Shown piece by piece: positions 42,010 to 51,267 of a stretch of DNA of 64,000 bases (its first letter is position 1; each line of letters starts with the position of its first letter). A program made the translations under genes and the position numbers. The notes under the pieces are model-generated. The model ran no database searches, had not been told where the DNA came from, and worked only from the letters and a program-made list of their open reading frames with translations. The stretch lies in the NCBI GenBank assembly GCA_963816395.1, contig CAWFKQ010000001.1:32001-96000 (forward strand), read 5' to 3'. This DNA is from an uncultured delta proteobacterium (lineage in GTDB: Bacteria > Desulfobacterota > Desulfuromonadia > Desulfuromonadales > JACZKF01).

Positions 42010-42336
42010 ATGGCGTCGACCATTTCACAGGCAGTGATCGAGGATATCCGCCAGCGTATTCTGGCGATGGCCGAACCGGAGCGAATCATCCTGTTCGGCT
42101 CGGCGGCGACCGGGGAGATGACGCGAGACAGCGACATCGATCTGCTGGTGGTCGAACCCGCACCGGGGAATGTCCGCCAGGAGAGCATCCGTCTTCGCGA
42201 AGCCCTTCGAGGTCTGGACTATCCGGTCGATGTCGTCGTCATCTCCTCCGAGTGGTTCGAGGATAGCAAGGACGTCATCGGCGGGATCGCCTATCCGGCC
42301 CACAAGTACGGAAAAGTTATCTATGCGGCCGCCTGA
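42010..42336 (+). CDS. Minimal nucleotidyltransferase (MNT) antitoxin
   Basis: ILFGSAATG...DSDIDLLVV...VDVVV. Confidence 0.9.
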   Translation: MASTISQAVIEDIRQRILAMAEPERIILFGSAATGEMTRDSDIDLLVVEPAPGNVRQESIRLREALRGLDYPVDVVVISSEWFEDSKDVIGGIAYPAHKYGKVIYAAA

Positions 42337-42730
42337 GGAAGTGAAACGAATCCTGGTCGCCCAGTGGATTGCCAAGGCCACACAGGACCTCACCGCTGCC
42401 ACGACCCTCCTCGGGGCCGAACCGCCGCTGTTCTATCCGGCCTGTTTCCACGCCCAACAGGCGGCCGAGAAGTTCCTTAAGGCCTTTCTTACCTTCCACC
42501 AGATCGAATTTCCTAAGACCCATAGCATTGGTGATCTTCTCGACCTTTCCCGACGAACCGCTCCCGATTTGGCCGACAAACTCAGAGACACCGTGGCTCT
42601 GACACCATTCGGTGTCGAGTTGCGCTACCCGGGTGACGCGCCGGAACCTGATCTCACCGAAGCACAGCAGGCGATCGCCATGGCCGAGCGAGTCCGCAAT
42701 GCCATCTTCGCCGCTTTTCCATCCAACTGA
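42323..42730 (+). CDS. HEPN domain protein
   Basis: ACFHAQQAAEKFLKA...PKTHSI...RYPGD. Confidence 0.9.
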   Translation: MRPPEEVKRILVAQWIAKATQDLTAATTLLGAEPPLFYPACFHAQQAAEKFLKAFLTFHQIEFPKTHSIGDLLDLSRRTAPDLADKLRDTVALTPFGVELRYPGDAPEPDLTEAQQAIAMAERVRNAIFAAFPSN

Positions 42731-42757
42731 GCGCCGAAACCACATATTTTTGCTCTC

Positions 42758-42869
42758 CATCGCGATCAGCGGCAGGCGCGTGGTGATCCTGCGGATATTC
42801 GTGAAGAAAGCCCAGAAAACGTCGAGGTCGGAAATCCTCCTGGCGTTGGAACGGATGAAGGAGTTGTGA
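42758..42869 (+). pseudogene. RelE/Gp49-like toxin 3' fragment
   Basis: RRVVILRIFVKKAQKTSRSEILLALERMKEL*. Confidence 0.75.
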
Positions 42870-42871
42870 CC

Positions 42872-43005
42872 ATGGGCAAGAAGATCCGGGAGATGAAAGA
42901 CGAACTGCTGGCCGACGAGGAATTCCGCCGCGAATATGACGCCCTGGAAGAGGAATTCTCGATCGCGGCGCAACTGATCGAAGCCCGGACGAAGGCAAAG
43001 CCTGA
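42872..43005 (+). pseudogene. HTH antitoxin, N-terminal half (interrupted)
   Basis: LLADEEFRREYDALEEEFSIAAQLIEARTKA; continues at 45813. Confidence 0.8.
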
Positions 43006-43035
43006 ACATCCCGCTGGAAATTTCAAGGTAAAAAT

Positions 43036-44235
43036 TCAATTGGGCGGCATATATGCTCTCCGCTCTTTGAGCATTTTAAAGATGATTCGGCAGAGGTGGC
43101 GGCCTAAAGCCCTGACCGCCTGATTGTGTCCTTTGCCCTCGGCGCGCTTCTTCTCATAGTAGCGTTGAGATACTGGTATCTGCTTGCGGTGGCGATCCAC
43201 GGCAATCATCATTGCTGCTTTTGCACGACTGTTGACATGCCGAGGAATTTTAGTCCCTCGGTATTCACCGGAGCTGTTGTCCAAGGTGGCCATCCCCAAG
43301 TAGAGTGCCAAGCTGGCTTCTTTGGCGAATCGGGCCTCGTGGCCGATTTCCCCGGCAAGTTCAGCGGTGCAGACTGGGCCAAAACCGGGCATTGTGGCCA
43401 GCGTGCTGGCGATAAACGATTGCTCAGCCGCTGCCACCATTTTGGATTCCAAGCCCTTGATCTGCTCGTTAATTTTCAGGATTCGGGCGGCATCCTGCTG
43501 AATCATTTCGCCGGCCCACTCAACTTCAGCGCTGAATTGGGCCTGCTTCTGCCATTGCTGGATAACGCTGGCATATTTAGCGCCGACGCCAGGAATCTTG
43601 CGCAGGGTTTTCAGGTGCATCCGCGGCAATTTTCGCAAGTCGTTGGTGCTGGTCAGCAACTGGAGAAACCAATGGTTGCCGGCATCGCCAGTCAGGGCCA
43701 GGAGGCTGGGACAAATCGCTTGCAGATCGGCCTGGAAGTTGTTCACTACCCGGACTCGCTCATTGACCAGTCGCCGGCGACGCCGAGTTAATCGTTTGAG
43801 CATCTGATTTTCTCTGGGCGGTTCGGCGACCAGTTGCAGGACATTTTTAGCCGTAGGAAGATGGTCCTTGAGTTGGAATAGCTCCAATCCCCGGCGGGCA
43901 TCTATGGCATCGGTTTTAGCGGCGCCGGGGAAGATTTCTTTGAATCTGGCCAGTTTCAGGTTGTTGATGTTGTAAAGTTGCCAGCCTCGGGCCAGCACCA
44001 TGGAATCCAGAGGGCGCGCATAGCCGTTGTAGCCCTCCATGGCAACCCGGACAGGACACTGATACTGCTGCTCCAGTTTTTCCAACCTGGCAAAGAATGT
44101 TCGGAATCCCTCCGACTGGTGGCTGATGTTGAACTCGGCAATCAACTCGCCGGTGGACAACCCCACCGCAACCTGATGGGACTTGCAACCGACATCGATA
44201 CTAACGCGAATATCCTCGGGTATTCGATTAAACAT
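43036..44235 (-). CDS. IS110 transposase/recombinase
   Basis: DEDD RuvC-like SIDVG, VAMEG, KTDAIDA; Tnp20 region MPGFGP...DNSSG; AAGGAG RBS. Confidence 0.93.
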   Translation of the reverse strand: MFNRIPEDIRVSIDVGCKSHQVAVGLSTGELIAEFNISHQSEGFRTFFARLEKLEQQYQCPVRVAMEGYNGYARPLDSMVLARGWQLYNINNLKLARFKEIFPGAAKTDAIDARRGLELFQLKDHLPTAKNVLQLVAEPPRENQMLKRLTRRRRRLVNERVRVVNNFQADLQAICPSLLALTGDAGNHWFLQLLTSTNDLRKLPRMHLKTLRKIPGVGAKYASVIQQWQKQAQFSAEVEWAGEMIQQDAARILKINEQIKGLESKMVAAAEQSFIASTLATMPGFGPVCTAELAGEIGHEARFAKEASLALYLGMATLDNSSGEYRGTKIPRHVNSRAKAAMMIAVDRHRKQIPVSQRYYEKKRAEGKGHNQAVRALGRHLCRIIFKMLKERRAYMPPN

Positions 44236-44390
44236 AAAAGGCTCCTTCCAGTAGATAAACCCATCCATCATCCTTGGGTCACGTCTACTTCCAGAGCCAC
44301 ATGAACGGCACCATCCCGGTCGACCCGCCGGATGATGCAAATGACGGGGGCGGCATTTCAGGCTTATGCGAACCTGAATGAACAGGTCAC
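44236..44390 (-). ncRNA. Candidate IS110 bridge RNA
   Basis: Non-coding end upstream of the recombinase with several stems (TTCAGG/CCTGAA, GCATCATCC/GGATGGTGC, AGTAGA/TCTACT); position as in IS110-group elements. Confidence 0.5.
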
Positions 44391-44494
44391 TGACCCAATA
44401 AGCCACACCCCCGTCCTCAGTAAGTTTACCAAATTCGAGGGGCATCTGCTAATTCCGATGGTAGACACGATAGATTTCGCAAATTTGAAATTTG

Positions 44495-44535
44495 GAGACT
44501 TGACCCCTTGGTGATGTCGACCCCTTGGTGATGTC
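44495..44535. repeat. GAGACTTGACCCC site followed by 17-bp tandem duplication
   Basis: Shares AGACTTGACCCC with the island-1 repeat; GACCCCTTGGTGATGTC occurs twice. Confidence 0.75.
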
Positions 44536-44669
44536 CGTGCCCGTATGCTGGCGCGGGATCAGCAGCGGAGTGGACGGGGGGAAGGATTGAAGGCGGTGCC
44601 CGTGGCGACGGCCGTCGGGGGTGTTCATGCTGGCCAAAAACAGGGTTGATTATTCCCAAAATGGGTACT

Positions 44670-45293
44670 ATGATCCCCGATATGGGTATGAACGGAAAAG
44701 CTCCATCCGCAATCGGTGATGCGCTATTTACCAAGACGCAGCGGCAGGTTTTGGGGCTGCTCTTCGGTAATTCGGACAAGACGTTTTATATCAACGAGAT
44801 CGTCCGCATTGCCGACGTCGGGATCGGAACCGTCCAGCGTGAACTGGAGAAACTCGCGTCCGCCGGCCTGCTGACGGTCAGGAAAATCGGCAACCAGAAG
44901 CACTACCAGGCCAACCCCGGCTCGCCGATCTTCCAGGAATTGCGTGGCCTCGTGCTGAAAACGTTTGGCGTTGCCGACGAACTGCGGCGGGCGCTTGAAC
45001 CGTTTTCGGCAAAAATCGTGGTCGCGTTTGTCTATGGCTCCATTGCCAAGGGGGTGGACACGGCAAGCAGCGACATCGATGTCATGGTCATCTCCGATGA
45101 ATTGAGTTATCCCGAGGCGATCGGGGCCTTTGCCGGGGCGGAGGAAAAACTCGGCAGGTCCGTCAACCCGACCCTCTACACCCCTTCCGAGGTCCGTCGC
45201 AAACTTGCCGAAGACAACAGTTTTCTGAAGAGGGTGACCGAACAGGGGAAAATATTTCTGATCGGATCCGACGATGAAATCCCCAAACCTTGA
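44670..45293 (+). CDS. wHTH plus nucleotidyltransferase antitoxin (start uncertain)
   Basis: ALFTKTQRQVLGLLF...VQRELEKL...YQAN; AFVYGSIAKG..SDIDVMVI. Confidence 0.88.
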   Translation: MIPDMGMNGKAPSAIGDALFTKTQRQVLGLLFGNSDKTFYINEIVRIADVGIGTVQRELEKLASAGLLTVRKIGNQKHYQANPGSPIFQELRGLVLKTFGVADELRRALEPFSAKIVVAFVYGSIAKGVDTASSDIDVMVISDELSYPEAIGAFAGAEEKLGRSVNPTLYTPSEVRRKLAEDNSFLKRVTEQGKIFLIGSDDEIPKP

Positions 45294-45696
45294 AAGCCTG
45301 GTCCAATCCGGCCAGCTGAAGCGGGAACCGGGCGACCGGAAAGAATTCGACGGCCTGGTCCGCTCCGCCCGGGCGCGACTGGCCGACGCCCGTAGACACG
45401 ACCTGTCCATCGAAAGCCGCTTCGATCTCGCTTACAACTCAGCGCATGCCCTTGCCCTGGCGGCGCTGCGCTGGCACGGCTACCGTTCCGACAATCGCTA
45501 CATCGTGTTTCAGTGTCTGCCTCATACGCTTGGTCTCGGGCCCGAGCTGTGGCGGGTGCTGGCGCTTTGTCACCAGAGGCGCAATCGGGGGGAATATGAG
45601 GGGCTCCTGGAGATTGATGAGCGACTGGTGAAGGACCTGATCGAGGCTGCTGGTGTCCTCGAGGTCAAGGTAGCCGGACTGGAGTCTCTTCCGTAA
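45274..45696 (+). CDS. HEPN-like partner protein
   Basis: RFDLAYN.AH.LA..ALR.HGYRS..RY.VFQ.L.HT...H.RRN..EYEG; overlaps the MNT gene. Confidence 0.75.
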   Translation: MKSPNLESLVQSGQLKREPGDRKEFDGLVRSARARLADARRHDLSIESRFDLAYNSAHALALAALRWHGYRSDNRYIVFQCLPHTLGLGPELWRVLALCHQRRNRGEYEGLLEIDERLVKDLIEAAGVLEVKVAGLESLP

Positions 45697-45812
45697 AGCA
45701 TCGTATGCAGGGAAGACAGCCAGGGGCGAACAAGTCACCAGCGTTCCCTCTGGGATATGAGGGAGGGAGCAGCCCGGGAGCTGTTTTTTAAGTTTTTAAG
45801 AACGTCCCCCTG

Positions 45813-45968
45813 AGCCTGACCCAGGAGCAGGTGGCCCGGCGCATGGGCACGACGCAATCAGTCGTGGCGCGCCTCGAATCGGGTCATCCTCTGCCGAGCC
45901 TGCGGACACTGCGGCGGTATGCGTCGGCTGTTGGGAGTAAGGTGGAGATCAGGCTGGTGAGGGAGTGA
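45813..45968 (+). pseudogene. HTH antitoxin, C-terminal half
   Basis: SLTQEQVARRMGTTQSVVARLESGHPLPSLRTLRRYASAVGSKVEIRLVRE*. Confidence 0.8.
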
Positions 45969-46084
45969 GCGGAGCAATCTCCTCCATTGTGCCCTCGAAA
46001 ATCGATTTATAAGGTGTTTTTCGCCCGGGATTTTAAATGATTCCCTCGTGATTTCAAAGATTTGGTTTGGTCCGACCCCGATCA

Positions 46085-47510
46085 GTGGCTCACCGCAAGC
46101 CCCGCTCGCCCCAACAGAAACTTGCCGAGAAGCTGGCTCTTATCCAGCAGAGATCCTTCAAGCAAATCGGCGAGGTCTTCGAAAAATTCATCCCTCGGCA
46201 GCTTCTCAAGCCAGAGAAGGAAGGGGCCATGAGTCGCAGAAGGCTTTTCTCCAAGGAGAACACCTTCTGGGCTTTCTTCAGCCAGATTCTCGATGCCGAT
46301 GGCGGCTGCAAAGAGGTGATTCGCAAGCTGCAGTCCTATGCCTCGCTCAAGGGAATCAAGTTCCCTTCATCCTCAACCTCCTCCTATTGCACGGCCCGCA
46401 AGAAGCTCGACATCCAGGCGCTCGCCGATATTTTCGACCATACCGCCGAGCATTCGGAAGGGAAGTCGGAGATCGGACGGCTGAACGGCCGGCGGGTGAT
46501 CGTTGTCGATGGGACGGGAGTCAGCATGCCGGATACACCGGAAAACCAGGCGGTCTGGCCACAAACAGCTTCCCAGAAGCCGGGGTGCGGATTTCCCACC
46601 GCCCGCATTTGCGCCTGTTTTTCGCTGGCCAGCGGGGCCTTGCTCAGCTACGCCATCGGCAACAAGAAAAGCCACGAACTACCGCTGTTCCGCCAGCAGT
46701 GGGAGACCTTCAAGTCCGGAGACGTCTTCCTGGGCGACAAAGGATTCTGTAGCTATTTCGACATCGCCAAACTGGAACAACAGGGCGTCGACAGTGTCGT
46801 TACCCTCGCCCGCAGAGCCCCGATCCACGGGGCAAGCAGCCTGAAAAAGCTCGGCCCCGATGACCTGCTGATTGCCTGGCAACGCCCCCGCTATACGGAC
46901 AAATTGTCATATTCAAGGGAGGCGTGGGAGCAACTTCCGGAAGAATTGATCTTGCGGCAGATCAATGTCACAGTGCCCCATCCTGGCTTCAGGGTTCAGC
47001 ACTTTTACATCGTCACCACTCTACTGGATGCCGCACATTATCCCGCTGAGGAGCTCGCCGACCTTTACTTCCAACGCTGGGATGTCGAACTGTTCTTCCG
47101 CGAGATGGGATGGATGTCCTGCGGTGCCAGGCACCGGAAATGATCCGGAAAGAAATCCTGATGCACCTCATCGCCTACAACTGTATCCGGCGGTTGATGT
47201 CCGAGGCGGCCAAGGAAGCGGACCTTGCGGTCCGGGTTGTCAGTTTCAAGGGCAGCCTCCAGGCGCTGCGCAACTGGGAGCCCCATTTAAACCAGGCGAA
47301 GTTGAACAGGATAGAGCGCTCCAGGCTCATCGCCGACCTCTATGAGGCGATGACCGATACCCCTATCCGACAACGCCCGGGGCGAAGTGAACCCCGATGC
47401 CGTAAGCGACGGCCGAAAAATTACGAGCTGATGACCCGCCCGCGAAGAAATGAGAGAGATTTCGCACCGGAACAGATATCGTGCTGCGAAGGCTTAAACT
47501 AGCGCCATTC
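46085..47510 (+). mobile_element. IS4-family element, 5' truncated and frameshifted
   Basis: IVVDGT, FLGDKGF, LYFQRWDVELFFR, LIAYN; ends GCGCCATTC; no matching left IR seen. Confidence 0.85.
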
Positions 47511-47552
47511 GGGACACTTCCCATATTTTCGGCTAAATACGGGAAGCGTCCC
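47511..47552. repeat. Palindromic mini-element GGGAC...GTCCC
   Basis: 18-nt arms, 16/18 complementary, 6-nt loop. Confidence 0.8.
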
Positions 47553-47569
47553 TGATTAGATCCCGCCCC

Positions 47570-47942
47570 TCAGCCTTCTGTCAGCACATCCAGCGGTACC
47601 CCGAGCACGCGGGAGATGGCGGTAAGGGTTTCCACCGTCCCCTTCCGCTTGCCGGCTTCGATCTGCGAAAGGTAAGGCTTGCTGATGCCGGCCTTGTCCG
47701 CCAGATCCTGCTGGGTCAGGCCGCGGTGCTCGCGCCAGAGCTTCATCGGCGATTCACCCTCCAGTTCCCGGCGCAGGATCTCGGCCGGCACCAGGAACTC
47801 GCGGCCGGCCCGGTAGGCTTCCTGGAATTCGGCCACCGCGGCCGCATCGGCCTTGTCTTCGAGGGCCTGCAGGAGACGAAGGTAGTCGGCATCGGGAATA
47901 ACGGCATATTCCGGTTTCCCGTCTTTTTCGATGATCTGCAGG
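47570..47942 (-). CDS. XRE-HTH antitoxin-like protein, native start apparently lost
   Basis: QIIEKDGKPEYAVIP...WREHRGLTQQDLADKAGISKPYLSQIEAGKR. Confidence 0.8.
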
Positions 47943-47949
47943 GGCGGAA

Positions 47950-48018
47950 GGGACGCTGGTAAGAAATGCAAGTTATTTGCCTTCGACTGGATAAGTTACA
48001 TAACTTACCAGCGCCCCC
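47950..48018. repeat. Palindromic mini-element GGGACGCTGGTAAG...CTTACCAGCGCCCC
   Basis: 13/14 complementary outer arms plus partial inner pairing. Confidence 0.8.
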
Positions 48019-48197
48019 TGGACGTTCCGCAGGCGTTTTTCCTGCTCGATCCGGATCTTTCGCTGGGTGATCAGCTTCAGGAACGAAGCGAAATCCATAC
48101 GGGCGATCTCTCGCGGGTCCAGGCAGTGCTCGGCAATGGACCAGTCACTGAACCATTCTTGACAACAGGATTACGCCCGGCTTTCAGCAGCCGCAAT

Positions 48198-48617
48198 CTA
48201 CGCCTGCCCGCCCTTACCCATCACATTGATCATCCACGACACCCCGAATTTATCCGCAACCATACCGAAGCGCGGGGACCAAAAAGTTTTGGCCAACGGC
48301 ATCTGCACCTCGCCCCCGTCAGCCAGCGCTGTAAAGAGGCGCTCGGCTTTGGCCTCGTCGGTCAAGGCGATCGACAGCGAGAAGCCCTGGAACTCCGGCG
48401 GTCCCTGGCAGCGGCCGTCGGAGGCCATTATGGTGCTGCCGCCGAGCCGCAAATTGGCGTGCATCACTTTTTCCTCCAACCCGGGCGGGCACATGCCGGG
48501 ATCGGGGCTTTCCTTGAAACGCATGAGCATCGTCACCTCGGCGCCGAGGGCCTTTTGGTAGAACTCCAGCGCCTCCTCGCAGTTTCCTTCGAAGATCAGA
48601 TAGGGTTCGACGTGCAT
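48198..48617 (-). CDS. VOC/PhnB (glyoxalase) family protein
   Basis: PYLIFEGNCEEALEFY, VMHA.L, TFWSPRFGMVADKFGVSWMIN. Confidence 0.92.
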   Translation of the reverse strand: MHVEPYLIFEGNCEEALEFYQKALGAEVTMLMRFKESPDPGMCPPGLEEKVMHANLRLGGSTIMASDGRCQGPPEFQGFSLSIALTDEAKAERLFTALADGGEVQMPLAKTFWSPRFGMVADKFGVSWMINVMGKGGQA

Positions 48618-48632
48618 CGCATGTCTCCTTTG

Positions 48633-48986
48633 TTAAAGGTCGACCAGCACCCGGAAGCCCCCGTACGCCATGCGTTTGGCATCGAACGGCAGGTTGTCGA
48701 TCAGTTCCTTTAGGCGTGGATCGGCCATGACCTTGGCGTTGACCTCGTCGCGGTGCTCGCGCGAGCGGAACACAATATAGGAGAAGACCACGGTTTCCCC
48801 CGCCTCGGCCCGGGCCAGTTCGGGAAAGGATGTCAGCCCTTCGTCCGGCGTATCGTCGGCGATGCATTCGCGAAAGGCGAGAGCGCCATGTTGCATCCAG
48901 ATCCGGCCGGCCGCCTCGGCCTGCCGGCGATACTCTTCGATCCGATCTGCGGGCAGGGGAATCACGAAACCGTCGACATAGTTCAT
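48633..48986 (-). CDS. DUF1428 (YbaA-like) protein
   Basis: YVDGFV.P...ETVVFSYI..SREHRD.VNAKVM.DPR...PFD.KRM.YGGF. Confidence 0.9.
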   Translation of the reverse strand: MNYVDGFVIPLPADRIEEYRRQAEAAGRIWMQHGALAFRECIADDTPDEGLTSFPELARAEAGETVVFSYIVFRSREHRDEVNAKVMADPRLKELIDNLPFDAKRMAYGGFRVLVDL

Positions 48987-49541
48987 CTTGCATATCCTCC
49001 AGCGGTTTTCCTCCAGTGTACACGACAGTCTGCAGACTTCATCCGGATCGCAACTTCCTCCTTTTAATGTCCGCTCCGGGGCTCTCAGGTGAATTGCCTG
49101 CCTGCAGCGATCCCCCTTGCTTTATCGCGCTCCCTGGCGTCATCCAGGCGAACCTTGCCATCTTCCCCGTCGGTGCCATAGTAATTGAACCGAAGCAAGG
49201 GAAGCTCCCCATCCTCCACGCGGCGCTCATCCTTTGCAGGGGCGCAGTGCAGCGTCTTCAGTTCGCCTGGAATTCTTCTCCCTCAATCCTCAAGAGCCGA
49301 CCTCCTCTCCTTCCCCCCATTCTCTCCGCACCTCCCCGGGAGAGAGGCTGCGCTCGCGAAGGCGTTTTCTGGCCGCCTGAAAAGCTGTGTCCCAGGCATA
49401 ATGCCGGGTGAAGGCATCGAAGAAGTCATAAGGATTCTTCGGCTTCCGGTCCGGATCGAGAAAAGCTCCCTACCCCGCAAGCAGCCCCTCCCGATATCCG
49501 GGCGAAAGGTGAAGGGCCATGGCGGCCCCTTTCGGTACGAT

Positions 49542-49979
49542 TCACACCTTCCGCCTGAACCACGCCACAACCGCCTCCGCCGACTGCGTCCCGGAGATCT
49601 GGTCGACAACCTTGCCGCCGCGCAGCAGCATCATGGCCGGAATGCCCCGCACGCCGAAGCGGGCAGCAAGGCCGGGGTTCTCCTGGGTATCGACCTGTAC
49701 CACGGCGGCCTCTCCCGCCAGTTTTTCGGCAACCGTTCGCACCGACGGTGCGAATGAGAGGCAATGCGGTCACCACGGGGCCCAGAACTCAGCCAGGATC
49801 GGTCCGGGATAGCTCTGCACGAAGCTGTCGAAGCTGCGTTCGGTGAGCGGCTGTGGGCGAAAGTAGAGCGGAGGCAGCGCGGCATGGCACCTGCCGCAGC
49901 GCCCGGCCTGACCCTCGCGCTCGGCGGGGATCCGGTTGGCCGTGCCGCAGGCTCCGCAGGTGACGGTGCAGGTTGACAT
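49542..49979 (-). CDS. trxC: Zn-finger thioredoxin (TrxC-type) with in-frame UGA = putative selenocysteine (WUPHC)
   Basis: CGAC...CGRC zinc finger, EFWAPW-TGA-PHC in frame with the downstream thioredoxin fold (FGVRGIP); hairpin 15 nt after the UGA. Confidence 0.85.
49736..49754 (-). promoter_or_regulatory. Putative bacterial SECIS hairpin
   Basis: TTCGCACC-GTC-GGTGCGAA, perfect 8-bp stem downstream of the UGA at 49770-49772. Confidence 0.7.
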
Positions 49980-50273
49980 GATTCCTCCCCTGAGATAATT
50001 GCGCGGATCATTACTCCGACAGTATAACCGGACGCCAGCGGGAGTGATCAGGGAGAAGGCGCAGCTGTTACTGTATGTCCTGGGGGGTAATGAGCACTCC
50101 ATTTAATTGATGATTATTTATAGAAAGAGCAGCCTTGTACTTTTTATGCTGAATTTAATGCAAAATGCTAATGAAGCCCTGGCTTCTTGACATTCGGGAT
50201 TTCTGTCTTATAAAAAAATACACATGCAATTTGGGTGGAGAGTCCGATTAACAATCATAATAGGAGAAGATTT

Positions 50274-51065
50274 ATGAAAGCTCTAAGCATTTTTTCAGCT
50301 TTATTTTTTATAAGTGCCCTGATGATGAGCAGTTCCGCCATGGCTCAGCAGTACAGCGGCCAGCAACAGGGCCAGCAATTCCAGAATCAGCAAGACACAC
50401 AGGTCGATTTCAGCGCGCCCGACCTGGCCCAGATTCAGATGCGACTTGCCCAGGCCGGATTCTACCAGGGGAACATTGACGGAGTCTGGGGAGAAAATAC
50501 TAAACAGGCACTCCGCCAGTATCAGCAGGCAGTCGGAATTCAGCCGACGGGCGACCTCAACCTGAGGACCCTCGCCTCCCTGACACCTTCCCAACAGCAG
50601 CAGTTTTATGGTCAGGCCCCAGCTTTTCAGCAGCAGCCGCGGAGCCAGCAGTATCAGCAGCCCCAGTTCCAGCCGCAGACCCAGTATCAGCCCCAATTCC
50701 AGCCGCAGACCCAGTATCAGCAACCCCAGTTCCAGCATCCCCAATTCCAGCAGCAGGGGCAACAGCAGGAGACCCAGGTGACCTTCAACTCGTCCGATCT
50801 GCGCAATATTCAACAGAGGCTCAGCCAGCTGGGATTTTATCATGGGAATATCGACGGAATCTGGGGAGAGAGCACCGCGCAGGCCGTCCGGCAGTACCAG
50901 CAGGCCAGAGGAATGCAGCCCACGGGCAATCTCAATCTGACCACCCTCGCTGCCCTGAGCCTGGTCCCGCAGCAGTTCTACGGTCAGGCCCCCGCTTTTC
51001 AGCAGCAGCCCCAGGGCCAGCAATTTCAACGACAACCCAAGGGCCAGTTTCAGCAGGGGCAGTAA
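50274..51065 (+). CDS. Secreted Gln-rich protein with two peptidoglycan-binding (PG_binding_1-like) domains
   Basis: Signal peptide; two copies of IQ.RL.Q.GFY.GNIDG.WGE.T.QA.RQYQQA.G.QPTG.LN..TL; Q/P/F/Y linkers. Confidence 0.85.
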   Translation: MKALSIFSALFFISALMMSSSAMAQQYSGQQQGQQFQNQQDTQVDFSAPDLAQIQMRLAQAGFYQGNIDGVWGENTKQALRQYQQAVGIQPTGDLNLRTLASLTPSQQQQFYGQAPAFQQQPRSQQYQQPQFQPQTQYQPQFQPQTQYQQPQFQHPQFQQQGQQQETQVTFNSSDLRNIQQRLSQLGFYHGNIDGIWGESTAQAVRQYQQARGMQPTGNLNLTTLAALSLVPQQFYGQAPAFQQQPQGQQFQRQPKGQFQQGQ

Positions 51066-51111
51066 ACAAACCACCGGAATCAACCACCCAGAGATCTACC
51101 TCTTTCTTTCG

Positions 51112-51138
51112 GTCAGGCTTTCAGCCTGACTTTTTTTG
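51112..51138 (+). terminator. Rho-independent terminator
   Basis: GTCAGGCT-ttc-AGCCTGACTTTTTTT. Confidence 0.8.
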
Positions 51139-51267
51139 TAGAGCCTTGCGCAGTCGAGGCCCCACGGTCTGATGCCCCGCTTTTCCTTTGACACCCCTTA
51201 TGGATCAATCGTAATCTTTGCCTCGTCAACTACCGCTCTGACCCTGCCTGGAAAAGGAGGCTGACCC

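Larger units (their letters stand above)
43006..44393 (-). mobile_element. IS110-family insertion sequence (left end inferred)
   Basis: Right end identical to the 10951-10972 copy; TGA at both junctions (43003-43005 and 44391-44393). Confidence 0.75.

Noticed and set aside
41524..48018. Classical integron/CALIN
   Set aside because: No tyrosine integrase in the window, and the palindromes lack RYYYAAC/GTTRRRY cores.
49020..49500. Short ORFs between DUF1428 and trxC
   Set aside because: No recognisable motif or convincing RBS in any frame.
49770..49772. Nonsense mutation making trxC a pseudogene
   Set aside because: Position at the catalytic Cys plus the downstream hairpin favour selenocysteine.
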